Source of the DNA: an uncultured Verrucomicrobiae bacterium
GTDB taxonomy: Bacteria; Chlamydiota; Chlamydiia; Chlamydiales; Rhabdochlamydiaceae
DNA: 64,000 nucleotides
Assembly (NCBI GenBank): GCA_963731265.1
Contig: CAVSUE010000001.1
Coordinates: forward strand, 1,632,001 to 1,696,000
Direction of reading: 5' to 3'
The notes under the pieces are model-generated. The model was given only the letters and a program-made list of their open reading frames with translations, was not told the DNA's origin and made no database searches. The position numbers and the translations under genes were made by a program. Positions 30,653-40,908 of this stretch are shown here, piece after piece. How positions within the stretch are numbered: position 1 is the stretch's first letter; each line of letters starts with the position of its first letter.

Positions 30653-31870
30653 CTATTGCTTCGTCTCTGCCAAATGAGGCGTACGCCGGAATAGGTAATA
30701 AGCTCCGTACAGGCAAAGGAAGGTACCTATGAGCAAAATAGGGGTGGGCCCTATCAGATCGCAAAGAAGACCTCCCATCAACGGCATCACTGCTCCCCGG
30801 AGCCCGAGCATCATAATATTGGCTCGCGTGTAAGGAGAACTGTCCTGTTCGGCCGCAAAAAATGTTCCCGAAAGATTCCAAATCAGATGGCTTCCCGCCT
30901 GAGCGATTCCATAAATAAAGAAAGCAAAATAAAGAAACCAAGGATCGATTTTTGCCATTAAAAGCGCGACGGGAAACAACCCAAATCCGAGCAATACCCA
31001 AAGCGTCAGCTTCAAGATAGGGATGTGCGAGAGCCCTTTTTTCCAAAGCAGCGAAGCACCGGCAACTCCGATCGCCATAAAAATAAACCGCGCTGTCGTG
31101 ATATTGGAATAGGAAAGTTTTAAGGTGTCGACATAATAACTAGAAAGCGCCGGGGCCATCAGCATCAACGCCGAGCCTCCAATCATAAATGCGCCTTGAA
31201 AATATGCGAAGTCCGCACGCTCCCGAACCAACCGAAAACTCTCGCGCCAGGGATGCACAAGCGATCCTGAGGGTTTTGAGTCGGCGTTGGCTTGCATCAC
31301 GGGCACTTTGAGACGGAAAAAAAAGACGACGCTGCTTAAGCCCACAAGCGCAGCGCAAAAAAATAGCATTTTCCAGTCCACTAGTTCGGCATCGAGCAGA
31401 CCGCCGAACATGAGCCCTAAAAAACCGCTTTCGACAAAACTCAAGATGAAAAAAAGGGAAAAGGCATGCTCTCTCGTCTTCTTGGGGATATTCCTCTTCA
31501 ATACCTCGATTAAGGAGGGCAGGGCTGCCCGGCTAAAAAGCTGGTACATCGCTGAGGCGAACAATAAAAACCAATAGCCTCCTGCCCAAGGAAAAAATAC
31601 AAATGGCAGATAAGCGAGCAGAGAGGCGCTACCGAGATTGACGATCAGCCTTCCTTTTCCTTCTTTCAGATAGGCGCTCCAATAAAAAGAAAACACCGAC
31701 AGAACAGGCCTCAACGTCACAAACAATGAGATCTGAAACATCGTGGCATTCAGATCTTTGCGCAAAAGAAAAGGAATGAGAGTATAAAGAGAAATGAGAG
31801 GCTCGGAAGCCAGATTCATCCATAATAGGGCAAACTGGGTCGGCCGCGAATCTTGGTGGTTTTCCATCAT
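30653..31870 (-). CDS. MFS-type membrane transporter
   Basis: Many hydrophobic helices in two halves; start uncertain. Confidence 0.75.
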   Translation of the reverse strand: MMENHQDSRPTQFALLWMNLASEPLISLYTLIPFLLRKDLNATMFQISLFVTLRPVLSVFSFYWSAYLKEGKGRLIVNLGSASLLAYLPFVFFPWAGGYWFLLFASAMYQLFSRAALPSLIEVLKRNIPKKTREHAFSLFFILSFVESGFLGLMFGGLLDAELVDWKMLFFCAALVGLSSVVFFFRLKVPVMQANADSKPSGSLVHPWRESFRLVRERADFAYFQGAFMIGGSALMLMAPALSSYYVDTLKLSYSNITTARFIFMAIGVAGASLLWKKGLSHIPILKLTLWVLLGFGLFPVALLMAKIDPWFLYFAFFIYGIAQAGSHLIWNLSGTFFAAEQDSSPYTRANIMMLGLRGAVMPLMGGLLCDLIGPTPILLIGTFLCLYGAYYLFRRTPHLAETKQ

Positions 31871-31939
31871 TTTTTCGTTCATGATGGCATTGAGTTTAAC
31901 ACACACTTTGAATGATAATAATCGAAAAAATGAATATTT

Positions 31940-32851
31940 ATGATTTTAAAAAAATTGCTTCCTATTTCTTTGAAACTTCTCGCAGCCGCCTCCGTGTTCC
32001 TGGGCCTACAATGGTTCTGCCAAAAAAAAACTTGCGGCTTTCGCCCTTATTGGATTCTTTCCAACCTCCCCAATGAATTCCGTTGGGAAGTCCCCCCCCT
32101 TTCCGAAGAAGAGCAACAAAAAATCGACGCATTGCTTGACCAGCCTTTTACCTTTCTCGGCTATGGGGGATGGTCCTTCGCCTTTTTAGGAGAGGACCAG
32201 AAAACGGTGCTCAAATTTTATCGGCACACCCATCTGCACCCTTTGAAAATTCTCAAAAATTTCTCACTTCAAAAGCTCTTTCTTCAAAGCGATCCTTGGC
32301 CAGAAAATACCCAATATTTTCAAGAGTTCAATTTCAACAGTTGCAAACTGCTCTATTCCTTTGCGAAAGAACGGACAGGGATCCTCTATGTCCATATCAA
32401 TAAAACAGAAGGGAAGCACAAACCTGTCACTCTTATCGACAATATCGGCATCCGCCATACGATCGACCTCGACAAAACCGAGTTCATCCTCCAAAAAAAA
32501 GCAGAGCTGTTCTACTCCCACCTCGAAAAACTCGCCAAAGAGAAAAAAATCGAAGAGGCCAAGCATTGCATCGATGAAATGTTGGATTGCCTCCTCGTCC
32601 TTTGCAAACAGGGGTTACGTGACAGCGATCATTCCTTCAAAAACAATTTTGGCTTTACCGAAGATGGGGCTGTCACCTTAGATTTAAGTTCCTTCGTTTC
32701 AGATGAAGGCTTAAAAAAACCCGGCCGCTATCGAAAAGAAATCATCATCAAGACGGCAAAAACAGCTCACATCCTCAGGAAACACTATCCTGCCGAGCTG
32801 TCCGCGCATTGCGAAAAGCGGCTCTGCGAAATTTTAGAGGGAGATTACTGA
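31940..32851 (+). CDS. Hypothetical membrane-anchored protein, possible protein-kinase-like fold
   Basis: N-terminal TM; FLGYGGWSFAF..VLKFY; D..FKNNFG..TLD. Confidence 0.65.
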   Translation: MILKKLLPISLKLLAAASVFLGLQWFCQKKTCGFRPYWILSNLPNEFRWEVPPLSEEEQQKIDALLDQPFTFLGYGGWSFAFLGEDQKTVLKFYRHTHLHPLKILKNFSLQKLFLQSDPWPENTQYFQEFNFNSCKLLYSFAKERTGILYVHINKTEGKHKPVTLIDNIGIRHTIDLDKTEFILQKKAELFYSHLEKLAKEKKIEEAKHCIDEMLDCLLVLCKQGLRDSDHSFKNNFGFTEDGAVTLDLSSFVSDEGLKKPGRYRKEIIIKTAKTAHILRKHYPAELSAHCEKRLCEILEGDY

Positions 32852-32899
32852 TTTAAAGGGACTCTTGCCGATCCTTGAGCCTGAATAAGACTGAGCCTT

Positions 32900-33185
32900 T
32901 GCCCCGGATGTAGGGTGAAGAATCGCGTCTAGCGAACTTCTTGAAAGCCGGGAACCATCCCATATATTACGTTGTTATGCGAAGAGTGATTCTTTGCTGC
33001 TCATCATAAACTGAAAAGTTTCAGCAGTATGTATTTCTTGCGCTCCATTTTCCCAAAGATCATCCGGCCACGTCCAAAATCTCCATATTTGACGAGGTCG
33101 TCCACGAGTTTTTTTTGGTATGGTCTTTTGAAGAATTGAGGTTCGACGATTGAGAAAATTGATGATTTTCTCGGGTAAAGCAAGT
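32900..33185 (-). pseudogene. Possible degraded transposase fragment
   Basis: Minus strand reads KKTRGRPR then, after a 1-nt shift, KYG; stops and frameshifts present. Confidence 0.25.
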
Positions 33186-33348
33186 TAGAGGTTGTAAGGA
33201 AATAAATTTTAGAGTTCCCGAGCAGAAAAACGGTTCAGATCTTGAGGATTTTTGCGCACCAGGTGTTCACCCCTGCAAGTAAAAATCGTCGAGAGGTGAA
33301 TCGATTTTTCCCTCGAGAACTCTAAAAGTTATTTCCTTATAACCCTTA
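33186..33348. repeat. Palindromic element family K
   Basis: TAGAGGTTGTAAGGAAATAAATTTTAGAGTT...AACTCTAAAAGTTATTTCCTTATAACCCTTA. Confidence 0.8.
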
Positions 33349-33361
33349 CGCAAAAGGTCTA

Positions 33362-33778
33362 TTAAAATCTGCTCGAATTGTAAGAAACTTTGTCGACATG
33401 CGACAGCTCGTCAAACTTGATGACGACAGTCAATGTCTTTTGCGTCGATCCTCTAGCGCCGGCCCCTTTCTCGTAGCCACCTAAGATGAGCCAAATGCCG
33501 CCAGAGTCTTGAGAATACGAAACTTCGTTGGCAATTTTATCGTAGATCCACGTTTCGCGTCCATCCTGGTCTTTAGTGACAATATTCGGTGAGCCGAGAG
33601 CGGAGGCGACGTCGGCTTGCGACATGCCGTGATGGATTTCTTTTTGAACGATCCCCAGCGTCATCTCCCGTTCATGGGCAGTATGGAGCTGGTTCGAGTG
33701 CGTCGAAGCGCGCGAGCAGCTTGTGAACAACGCTGCGACAGCAAAAACAGATGAGAGAATGGCAATTTGTTTTAACAT
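33362..33778 (-). CDS. SmpA/OmlA (BamE-like) domain lipoprotein
   Basis: Lipobox LFTSC; GMSQADVASALGSP..ETWIY. Confidence 0.7.
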   Translation of the reverse strand: MLKQIAILSSVFAVAALFTSCSRASTHSNQLHTAHEREMTLGIVQKEIHHGMSQADVASALGSPNIVTKDQDGRETWIYDKIANEVSYSQDSGGIWLILGGYEKGAGARGSTQKTLTVVIKFDELSHVDKVSYNSSRF

Positions 33779-34281
33779 TAAATTTTTTCCTCCTGGAAAA
33801 AGAGTCCCTTGTGGACTTTGGTAAAGAAATCCTGGTAGTAATTTTCGTCATAGATTTGGATGACTTTTACGACACGCCCATAGTTGTCGAAGATCTTACG
33901 TTGGAAATTGACCCGCACCTTTGTATTTTCGCCAAATTGGGTGACATTCGCAGAGATTTCAATGAGAGCATTTTTATTCCAGGAAGCGCGCTGCCCATTG
34001 GCCATCACGTTGAAAAACCGGTCCCACCCGTCTTCGATATCGATATCTTTTTCTCCCGCAAGGAGACCGAGGTCCAAGTTAGCGTGTTTAACAATGAAAG
34101 CATCGTCTTGAAGGACATTGATCATTTCTTTGAGGACAGCTTTGGCATCCTTCTTGTCAAAACTACGCGTTTGAATTTCACGGATCTGCAATTGCGTCAT
34201 CGGTTGGTCAGTCGGTTGCGAAACACAGCCGGCGGCAAGCAAGGTGAAAAGAGTAAGGATAGTTGCACAATTTAAACGCAT
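33778..34281 (-). CDS. Hypothetical lipoprotein
   Basis: Lipobox LAAGC; stop overlaps the start of the downstream lipoprotein. Confidence 0.7.
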   Translation of the reverse strand: MRLNCATILTLFTLLAAGCVSQPTDQPMTQLQIREIQTRSFDKKDAKAVLKEMINVLQDDAFIVKHANLDLGLLAGEKDIDIEDGWDRFFNVMANGQRASWNKNALIEISANVTQFGENTKVRVNFQRKIFDNYGRVVKVIQIYDENYYQDFFTKVHKGLFFQEEKI

Positions 34282-34515
34282 AAAGAAAAAGAATATTATC
34301 CAATTGATTTATTAACAATAAAAAACAGATCTTTCTTAATTCTGAATTAAACAATTTTCTTACACTTCAATGAAGCCTGAGTATTCCTCTCTCCACCCCC
34401 CTCTATTTTAATTTTCGTTTGTAAAGTTCTTGTTAATGGCATATAAAATTTTGCCAAGTTTCTGGCGGCCGTTGCCAGAGGCTAATTGAACAATAACTCA
34501 ATCGATGAGGTCTTT

Positions 34516-35025
34516 ATGGCTACTCTTACACAAGTGAGTCCCCAGGCAGAAGCTGCACACCATCTACAAGCAATTGAAACGCTATTTCCCAATCTCCCAG
34601 AACCCTCCAAATCGATTTTCAAATACACTTCCATGAGCATCAACGATCCCCAACTCGCCAATAAATTTCGTGAAGTGGCAGGCGTTACAGTACACGTCTA
34701 TGTGAAACTGGCCAATAAAGTAAACCATCCCGTCACAATGCGCGGAAGCATAGGCGCCCCCGATTCGCACGGGAACAGCGGTGGAATTCTTGATTGGGCT
34801 ACTGATCGTGCTACCGATACACAATCAACTCCAGATTTCTTTTCAAGGACGTTTACCTTTCTTGTTCCGAGGGAGAAAATGCACGAGACGATGCAATTCA
34901 AGCTGTGTACGTTGAATCCCAATAAGAATACTGAATTGCTCTGGTCAAAAGGCAATAATTGGAGCTACGACTTAAGCAAATATGGAAATATTGCGATCAT
35001 CGAAGTCGAAAACGTCGCATTTTAA
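34516..35025 (+). CDS. Hypothetical protein, possible CBM20-like C-terminal domain
   Basis: GAGG SD; MRGSIG..LDW..QFKL..WSKGNN pattern. Confidence 0.55.
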   Translation: MATLTQVSPQAEAAHHLQAIETLFPNLPEPSKSIFKYTSMSINDPQLANKFREVAGVTVHVYVKLANKVNHPVTMRGSIGAPDSHGNSGGILDWATDRATDTQSTPDFFSRTFTFLVPREKMHETMQFKLCTLNPNKNTELLWSKGNNWSYDLSKYGNIAIIEVENVAF

Positions 35026-35064
35026 TAAGATTTTCAAGAATTATCCGTTGCTTCACGCAACGGA

Positions 35065-35538
35065 TCATTCTTTTGGGAAAAACTCTTTGAACTGGGATTG
35101 CAAAGAGGAGGGAATCACTTCATCGATCCCCGATTTGTCGTACATGAGAAAATACGTACAAGCGATCATGATTCCGAATGCAGGGCTGAAAATGGCCAAA
35201 AAGAGGGAAACACCGCACACGAGGGAGCGTCTTAAAGCAATCCAAGCCTTTCCCCCGATCGTTTTGAAATAGGAAAACTTTCCCCCGGTCACCATTCTTC
35301 CGGTCAGGGAGAAAACAAGCCGCAACAGCGCTACGCAAATCCAGACCAAATCTCCGACAAGCAGCACCAAAAAGAAAAAGCGGGCGGCAAAACCCGAAAG
35401 CAGCCGATCGCGTGTTTTGACTTTAGGCTGAAAAGTGTCGGAAAGATCGGATGCTGATGAAAAATCTTGTTCCTCGAAGCGTTGATGAGGGATGTTAAGC
35501 TCTTCTTTTTCCGCTTTGGAGAAGTCGTAGATTGCCAT
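35065..35538 (-). CDS. Hypothetical membrane protein
   Basis: Two hydrophobic segments; directly follows sthA. Confidence 0.65.
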   Translation of the reverse strand: MAIYDFSKAEKEELNIPHQRFEEQDFSSASDLSDTFQPKVKTRDRLLSGFAARFFFLVLLVGDLVWICVALLRLVFSLTGRMVTGGKFSYFKTIGGKAWIALRRSLVCGVSLFLAIFSPAFGIMIACTYFLMYDKSGIDEVIPSSLQSQFKEFFPKE

Positions 35539-35547
35539 TCACGTTTC

Positions 35548-36945
35548 CTATTTTCTGTGCTTGACTTTGTTGAATCCATTCAAGGCGGCGATGCGATACC
35601 CCTCCGCATAAGTGGGATAGTTGAACACCTGATCGATAAAATAATCGATCCGGGCATTAAAACTCATCGCCACTTGGCCAATGTGGATTACCTCTGTCGC
35701 AGCTCTGCCAATGATATGGATGCCTAAAATCTCCAGCGTTTCCGCATGGAAGAGAATTTTAAATAACCCTGGATCGTTTCCGACGATCTGGTTGCGCGCG
35801 ATCTCATAATAGTAAGCGCGTCCGATCTCGTAACGAAAACCAAGCTCTTTAAGTTCATTTTCAGTATAACCGCACGAAGAAATTTCTGGAATCGTATAAA
35901 TGCCGATCGGATAGAACGAAGGGAAATGATGCGTCTGCGCACCGAAAGCATGACGCGCAGCCAGTCTTCCCTGTTCCATGCTTGTCGAAGCAAGGGCCGG
36001 AGTTCCGATCACATCGCCGGCTGCGTAAATATGGGAAACCACGGTTTGGAACAAAGCGTTCACAGGGATATAACCGGACTTGTCGAGTTGAATGCCCGCT
36101 TTTTCGATGTGCAGCATATCGACATCCGCTTCCCTTCCGAGAGCATAGAGCAGCATCTCCGCTTGTATGCTGCTGCCATCTTTAAAACTCGCTTCGACAT
36201 GTTCATTTAAACGTTTGATGTCGTCGATTTCTTGATTGCCGACGAACTTGAGGCCAATGGATGTTAACGCTTTTTGCAAATGCATGCCAATCTCCTGGTC
36301 CAAAAGCGGCAATAAATGGTCCCGTTTGTCGACAACGGTCACCTCCGTTCCGAGCGCTGCGAAAAAACTCGCATATTCAGCGCCGATGATGCCGCCCCCG
36401 AGAACAATCAGTGTTTTCGGAACGTGGTCGATCGCTAAAAGAAGCGTCGAATCCAAGATCTTTTCTTTGTCGAAGGGAACGTTGATCGGATTACGCGGCT
36501 TCGAGCCCGTTGCAATCAAGCAATACTCGAATGCAATTTGAAAAAGAGCCTGTCTTTTATGATCGACGACCGCGATCCTATTTTTGTCATCAAAACGGGC
36601 GATGCCGTGAATCAAACGGATTTTGTTCTTTTCAAATTGCCTGAGCAGCATTTTGCGTTGCTCATCCAAGACAATATTGAGCCGGTAATTCAAATCATTG
36701 ATCGAAATTTCCCTAACGACCCGGTTTTGCCCATAAAAGCTACGTTCGTAAAAGTCGGTCAAATCGAGAATGGCCTCCCTGAGCGATTTGGATGGGATCG
36801 TCCCCGAATTCAACGAAGAGCCGCCGGGGTGCGGACTCTTGTCTAAGACAATGACGCTTTTTCCCAATTTTGCCGCTTGGATAGCTGCTTTTTGGCCAGC
36901 AGGACCCGAACCAATGACCACGTAATCCGCGTAAAGTTCTTCCAC
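35548..36945 (-). CDS. sthA: Soluble pyridine nucleotide transhydrogenase
   Basis: IGSGPAGQKAAIQAAK, GTIPSKSLRE, LASTSMEQGR, FNYPTYAEGYRIAALN; GTG start after AGGAG. Confidence 0.92.
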   Translation of the reverse strand: MEELYADYVVIGSGPAGQKAAIQAAKLGKSVIVLDKSPHPGGSSLNSGTIPSKSLREAILDLTDFYERSFYGQNRVVREISINDLNYRLNIVLDEQRKMLLRQFEKNKIRLIHGIARFDDKNRIAVVDHKRQALFQIAFEYCLIATGSKPRNPINVPFDKEKILDSTLLLAIDHVPKTLIVLGGGIIGAEYASFFAALGTEVTVVDKRDHLLPLLDQEIGMHLQKALTSIGLKFVGNQEIDDIKRLNEHVEASFKDGSSIQAEMLLYALGREADVDMLHIEKAGIQLDKSGYIPVNALFQTVVSHIYAAGDVIGTPALASTSMEQGRLAARHAFGAQTHHFPSFYPIGIYTIPEISSCGYTENELKELGFRYEIGRAYYYEIARNQIVGNDPGLFKILFHAETLEILGIHIIGRAATEVIHIGQVAMSFNARIDYFIDQVFNYPTYAEGYRIAALNGFNKVKHRK

Positions 36946-37079
36946 AGCTCTCCTTCCGTCTTCTAGTGCCAAACTACCAAATTTAATTTTTAATTACATC
37001 TTTTACAATTCCTATCTTGTTCAATATGGATTAAGATGTTAAGATAACGGCTTCATCGAGAATGCTCAGGAGAAGAATT

Positions 37080-37355
37080 ATGTCCAAGAGATGTCAAGTG
37101 ACCGGCAAGGTCCCCGTCCGTGGCAATTCTTACGCGATTCGCGGGATTGCTAAGAAGAAAAAAGGGATCGGCTTGAAAGTCACAGGGATTAAAAAACGTC
37201 GCTTTCAACCTAACTTGAAGAAAAAGCGTCTGTGGTTTGGTGACGAGAATCGCTTCATCACCTTGCGCCTATCTACCAATGCTTTACGCACAATCGACAA
37301 AGTTGGCCTACCAGCCATCATCCGCGATCTCCGTGCTAAAGGCCAACGCATCTAA
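37080..37355 (+). CDS. rpmB: 50S ribosomal protein L28
   Basis: [10 protein letters not shown]...[16 protein letters not shown]. Confidence 0.95.
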   Translation: MSKRCQVTGKVPVRGNSYAIRGIAKKKKGIGLKVTGIKKRRFQPNLKKKRLWFGDENRFITLRLSTNALRTIDKVGLPAIIRDLRAKGQRI

Positions 37356-38355
37356 CGCTTATAAAACGCTCTCATTGTTATTGATGACGGGCGTTTTTTT
37401 TATTTTCTATGGCTGGATCGTCTTTTCGGCGATCCAGGCAGACCTCCCCGATCAAACAAGCCCCCTGAAGTTTTATTCGAATCAGTCGCGGCAGGACATT
37501 AAGCTCGCCTACCTCCAAGCTCTTAACAAAGCCCAGCATTCAATTCATTTGAGCGTATACGGGATCACCGATCCGGAAATTCTAAACGTGATCAGTAAAA
37601 AATCTCTTAACAATCTGTCCATTTCTATCGACTACGACCCATCGGCTTCGTCCGCACTAAAAAAATGGCTGCCCTCTTCCATTCAACTGAGGCCTATCAA
37701 ATCCCCAGGGTTGATGCACCGAAAGATTGTCCTCATCGATCACGCGCAGATCTATTTGGGGTCGGCCAACCTCACCCCCTCTTCGTTAAGGCATCATGGT
37801 AACCTGGTCGCCGGTTTTTTTCATCCAGGACTTGCGGTATTCTTGGAAAACCCCGCCTCCACATCCTACTTTTTTGAAATTCAAGGACAGCAAGGCGAAG
37901 TTTATCTTTTTCCCGATCCGCTAAAAAAAGGACTTTTACGCCTGATTCAGGCTATCGACAAGGCGGAAAACAAAATTAACGTCGCGATGTTCACTCTGAC
38001 CCATCCAGAAATCGCTGAAGCTTTAGTTCGGGCAAAAAAAAGAAATGTCAAAGTCTGCATCGCCCTCGATGCCTATACAGCACGGGGAGCGAGCAAAAAG
38101 GCGGTCGAAGTGTTAGAAAAAGAAGGCGTGAATTTTCTTTTGAGCCAAGGAAGAGAATTGCTCCATCACAAATGGGCGGTCATCGACGACAGGGTGTTAG
38201 CCATGGGATCGGCCAATTGGACAAAGGCCGCTTTCAACAAAAATTCCGATTTCCTTTTTTTCCTCTCTCCTCTTGATAAAAGAGAAAAAAAATTTTTAGA
38301 AAATCTCTGGAAAATCATTGAATCTGAATGTATTGAATATAAAAATTCCTCATGA
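37333..38355 (+). CDS. Phospholipase D superfamily protein
   Basis: Two HKD motifs ([24 protein letters not shown]); N-terminal TM; start uncertain (37333 or 37384). Confidence 0.88.
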   Translation: MLKANASNAYKTLSLLLMTGVFFIFYGWIVFSAIQADLPDQTSPLKFYSNQSRQDIKLAYLQALNKAQHSIHLSVYGITDPEILNVISKKSLNNLSISIDYDPSASSALKKWLPSSIQLRPIKSPGLMHRKIVLIDHAQIYLGSANLTPSSLRHHGNLVAGFFHPGLAVFLENPASTSYFFEIQGQQGEVYLFPDPLKKGLLRLIQAIDKAENKINVAMFTLTHPEIAEALVRAKKRNVKVCIALDAYTARGASKKAVEVLEKEGVNFLLSQGRELLHHKWAVIDDRVLAMGSANWTKAAFNKNSDFLFFLSPLDKREKKFLENLWKIIESECIEYKNSS

Positions 38356-38360
38356 TATAA

Positions 38361-38544
38361 ATCTCGACTTTGCAACTTTTTGGGCCCGCCTGCCTCGCCT
38401 ATTTACTCTCGGCCGTGCGACCCCTGGTCGAACGGGGAGTTATTTAAAACAGGAAGGGGTTAAAAACCCTTTCCTGTTTTAAATAACTCCCCCAAGAGCA
38501 AATATTTCGAGGTCTTCGGACCCAAAAAGTTGCAAAGTCGAGAT
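38361..38544. repeat. Palindromic element family E with nested F hairpin (38434-38492)
   Basis: ATCTCGACTTTGCAACTTTTTGGG...CCCAAAAAGTTGCAAAGTCGAGAT. Confidence 0.9.
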
Positions 38545-38584
38545 AAATGATTAAAAAGATGTGGTCTCTATGGACGGTTGGTGG

Positions 38585-39181
38585 ATGCAAATGTTCTCCA
38601 TGGCATTTGCGCTTTTTTTGCTGATGGATCCGATTGGCAATGTTCCCATTTTTGTTTCCGTGCTCAAAGATATCGAATCCAAACGCCAACGCAAAATTAT
38701 CGGACGCGAACTCGTTATCGCATTGATCATCATCGTGCTATTTTATTTTTTGGGCGATGCTTTACTCGGATTTCTCAACGTCACTATGCCTACGATTCTG
38801 ATTTCCGGAGGCATTATTCTTTTCCTCATCGCGCTTAAAATGATTTTCCCTGGAAGAAGAGATCCCGACGTCGAACTGTCGCAGGATAAGGAGCCATTCA
38901 TCGTCCCGCTTGCGACGCCTCTTGTCGCGGGTCCAGCCGTTTTGGCTGCTGTCATGCTCTACTCAGGCCAACATAAACAGGAGATGCTCCTTCCTCTGAC
39001 GGCCATCGTGATCGCTTGGGCCCTTTCAACGGTGATCTTGCTCAGCTCATCTCTTTGGAAAAGACTGTTGGGCTGGCGCGGCCTTGTCGCTTGCGAAAGG
39101 TTAATGGGCCTGATCCTGACATTGATCGCGGTTCAAATGTTCCTCGAGGGAACGCATCTATTCTTGAATCCCTTAAAATGA
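38585..39181 (+). CDS. MarC family membrane protein
   Basis: LMDPIGNVPIF, ISGGIILF, IVPLATPLVAGP, ERLMGLIL. Confidence 0.92.
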   Translation: MQMFSMAFALFLLMDPIGNVPIFVSVLKDIESKRQRKIIGRELVIALIIIVLFYFLGDALLGFLNVTMPTILISGGIILFLIALKMIFPGRRDPDVELSQDKEPFIVPLATPLVAGPAVLAAVMLYSGQHKQEMLLPLTAIVIAWALSTVILLSSSLWKRLLGWRGLVACERLMGLILTLIAVQMFLEGTHLFLNPLK

Positions 39182-39292
39182 TCCCAGACCTTAAGGCGTG
39201 GGATTAAGTTGGGGCCGAGCTTCGTACTCGGCCCAACATTGTTTTTGAAAATACCCGGCCCTTAAGGGCCGGGTTTCCGCCGGAGGACGGAT
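39179..39292. repeat. 114-bp element family D, copy 2
   Basis: Near-identical to 16925-17038; fills the whole marC-truA gap. Confidence 0.9.
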
Positions 39293-40049
39293 GAATCTGA
39301 AACTTGTTATCGCCTATTTTGGCCGATCGTTTTCCGGCTGGCAAAAAACTAATAAGGGAAACAGCATAGAAGAAGCGTTGGAGAAGGCGCTCCAGCAGAT
39401 TTTGCAGCATGACGTGCAGCTGCAGGCTGCAAGCCGGACAGATGCGGGAGTTCACGCAGAAGGCCAGGTTGTGAATTTTTTGACTCATAAAAAGGTTTGC
39501 TTGAAAGCACTTGTGCACAGTTTAAACGGCCTGCTTCCCAAAGACATTTCTGTCCTGAGCGCTGAAGAAATGCCGATGGATTTTCATCCGACGCTATCCT
39601 GCAGAAAAAAGGAGTATCTGTATGATCTTTGCTATGGACCCGTGCAAATGCCTTTTGTTCGACATACCTCATGGCATTTTCCCTATGCTTTGGACCTGAA
39701 AAAAATGCAAACGGCGGCGGATCACCTCATCGGAGTTCAGGATTTTTCTTGTTTTTGCAATGAAAGAGCTCTCTGGGACCGCAATCCCATCTGCCATGTG
39801 GAGAAAATCGAATTCATGAATTTCCTTGAAACAGAGCGTCTGTCGATTGCGATCACAGGAGATCATTTTCTCTATAGGATGGCCCGCAACATGGCGGGCA
39901 CTGTCGCCTATGCCGGATGCGGCAAAATCGATCCGGAGCAAATTCCCGCTATACTGGCGAGCAAAGACCGCACTCAAGCCGGAATGACGGCGCCGGCGCA
40001 TGGACTCACCTTGAAACGTGTTTTTTATGATGATGATCTCTCGAAATGA
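39291..40049 (+). CDS. truA: tRNA pseudouridine(38-40) synthase
   Basis: GWQ, ASRTDAGVHAEGQV, FLYRMARNMAG, TAPAHGLTL. Confidence 0.95.
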   Translation: MNLKLVIAYFGRSFSGWQKTNKGNSIEEALEKALQQILQHDVQLQAASRTDAGVHAEGQVVNFLTHKKVCLKALVHSLNGLLPKDISVLSAEEMPMDFHPTLSCRKKEYLYDLCYGPVQMPFVRHTSWHFPYALDLKKMQTAADHLIGVQDFSCFCNERALWDRNPICHVEKIEFMNFLETERLSIAITGDHFLYRMARNMAGTVAYAGCGKIDPEQIPAILASKDRTQAGMTAPAHGLTLKRVFYDDDLSK

Positions 40050-40908
40050 CCCTTGCTGGTGCCGAAGCGGACAAAAGTGGAAAAAATGCCACTTTCCCAA
40101 CCCTGGATCGCAGTCCCACAGCGAATTGAGCGCACAATATCTTAAGAAGCATGGGATCCTATTGAAAACCGGTGAGCAAATCCAAGGCATTCGGCGCGCC
40201 TGCCATTTAGCTGCCCAAATCCTTGACAAAACATGCAAGATGGCCAAAGCGGGAGTGACCACAAATGCTCTCAATGCCTATGCCCATCAATTGCATCTTG
40301 AGGCAGGGGCTATCCCTGCGCCGCTGGGCTACGGCGAGCCCCCGTTTCCCAAGAGCATTTGCACATCTCTCAATGAAGTGATCTGCCATGGGATTCCCGA
40401 TGACAACCCTCTCAAAGAAGGGGATATCCTCAACATCGACGTCACATGCATCCTCAATGGATATTACGGAGATTGCAGCCGCATGGTCGCTATCGGCCAG
40501 ATCGATACGGAAAAACAAAAAGTCATAGATGTTTCTTATGAATGCCTGATGCGCTCTATTGCCCTGTTAAAGCCGGAGATGATGATCTTTGAGATCGGCA
40601 ATGCGATTGAATCCTATGCAACAGCGCAAGGGTGTTCTGTCGTCAATCAATTCGTCGGCCATGGCACCGGCCTCCATTTTCATGAGCCCCCCCAAATTCC
40701 TCATCATTACAACCAGATCCTCATTCCGCTTGCTGTTGGCATGACGTTCACGATCGAGCCCATGATCAACGCAGGAACCCGCGCGGGCTATGTCGACACC
40801 AGAGATCATTGGACGGCGAGAACAATGGACGGAAAGCCCAGCGCGCAATGGGAACACACCCTTCTCATCACGGAAAACGGCCACGAAATTTTAACTTGCC
40901 TCAACTGA
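40033..40908 (+). CDS. map: Methionine aminopeptidase with N-terminal SEC-C motif
   Basis: RNDPCWCRSGQKWKKCH; CTSLNEVICHGIP, GHG, FHE, TIEPMIN, AQWEHT; start uncertain. Confidence 0.95.
   Translation: MISRNDPCWCRSGQKWKKCHFPNPGSQSHSELSAQYLKKHGILLKTGEQIQGIRRACHLAAQILDKTCKMAKAGVTTNALNAYAHQLHLEAGAIPAPLGYGEPPFPKSICTSLNEVICHGIPDDNPLKEGDILNIDVTCILNGYYGDCSRMVAIGQIDTEKQKVIDVSYECLMRSIALLKPEMMIFEIGNAIESYATAQGCSVVNQFVGHGTGLHFHEPPQIPHHYNQILIPLAVGMTFTIEPMINAGTRAGYVDTRDHWTARTMDGKPSAQWEHTLLITENGHEILTCLN

Noticed and set aside
34436..34456. Sigma54 promoter TGGCA..TTGC
   Set aside because: GG-GC spacing is longer than the required 10 nt
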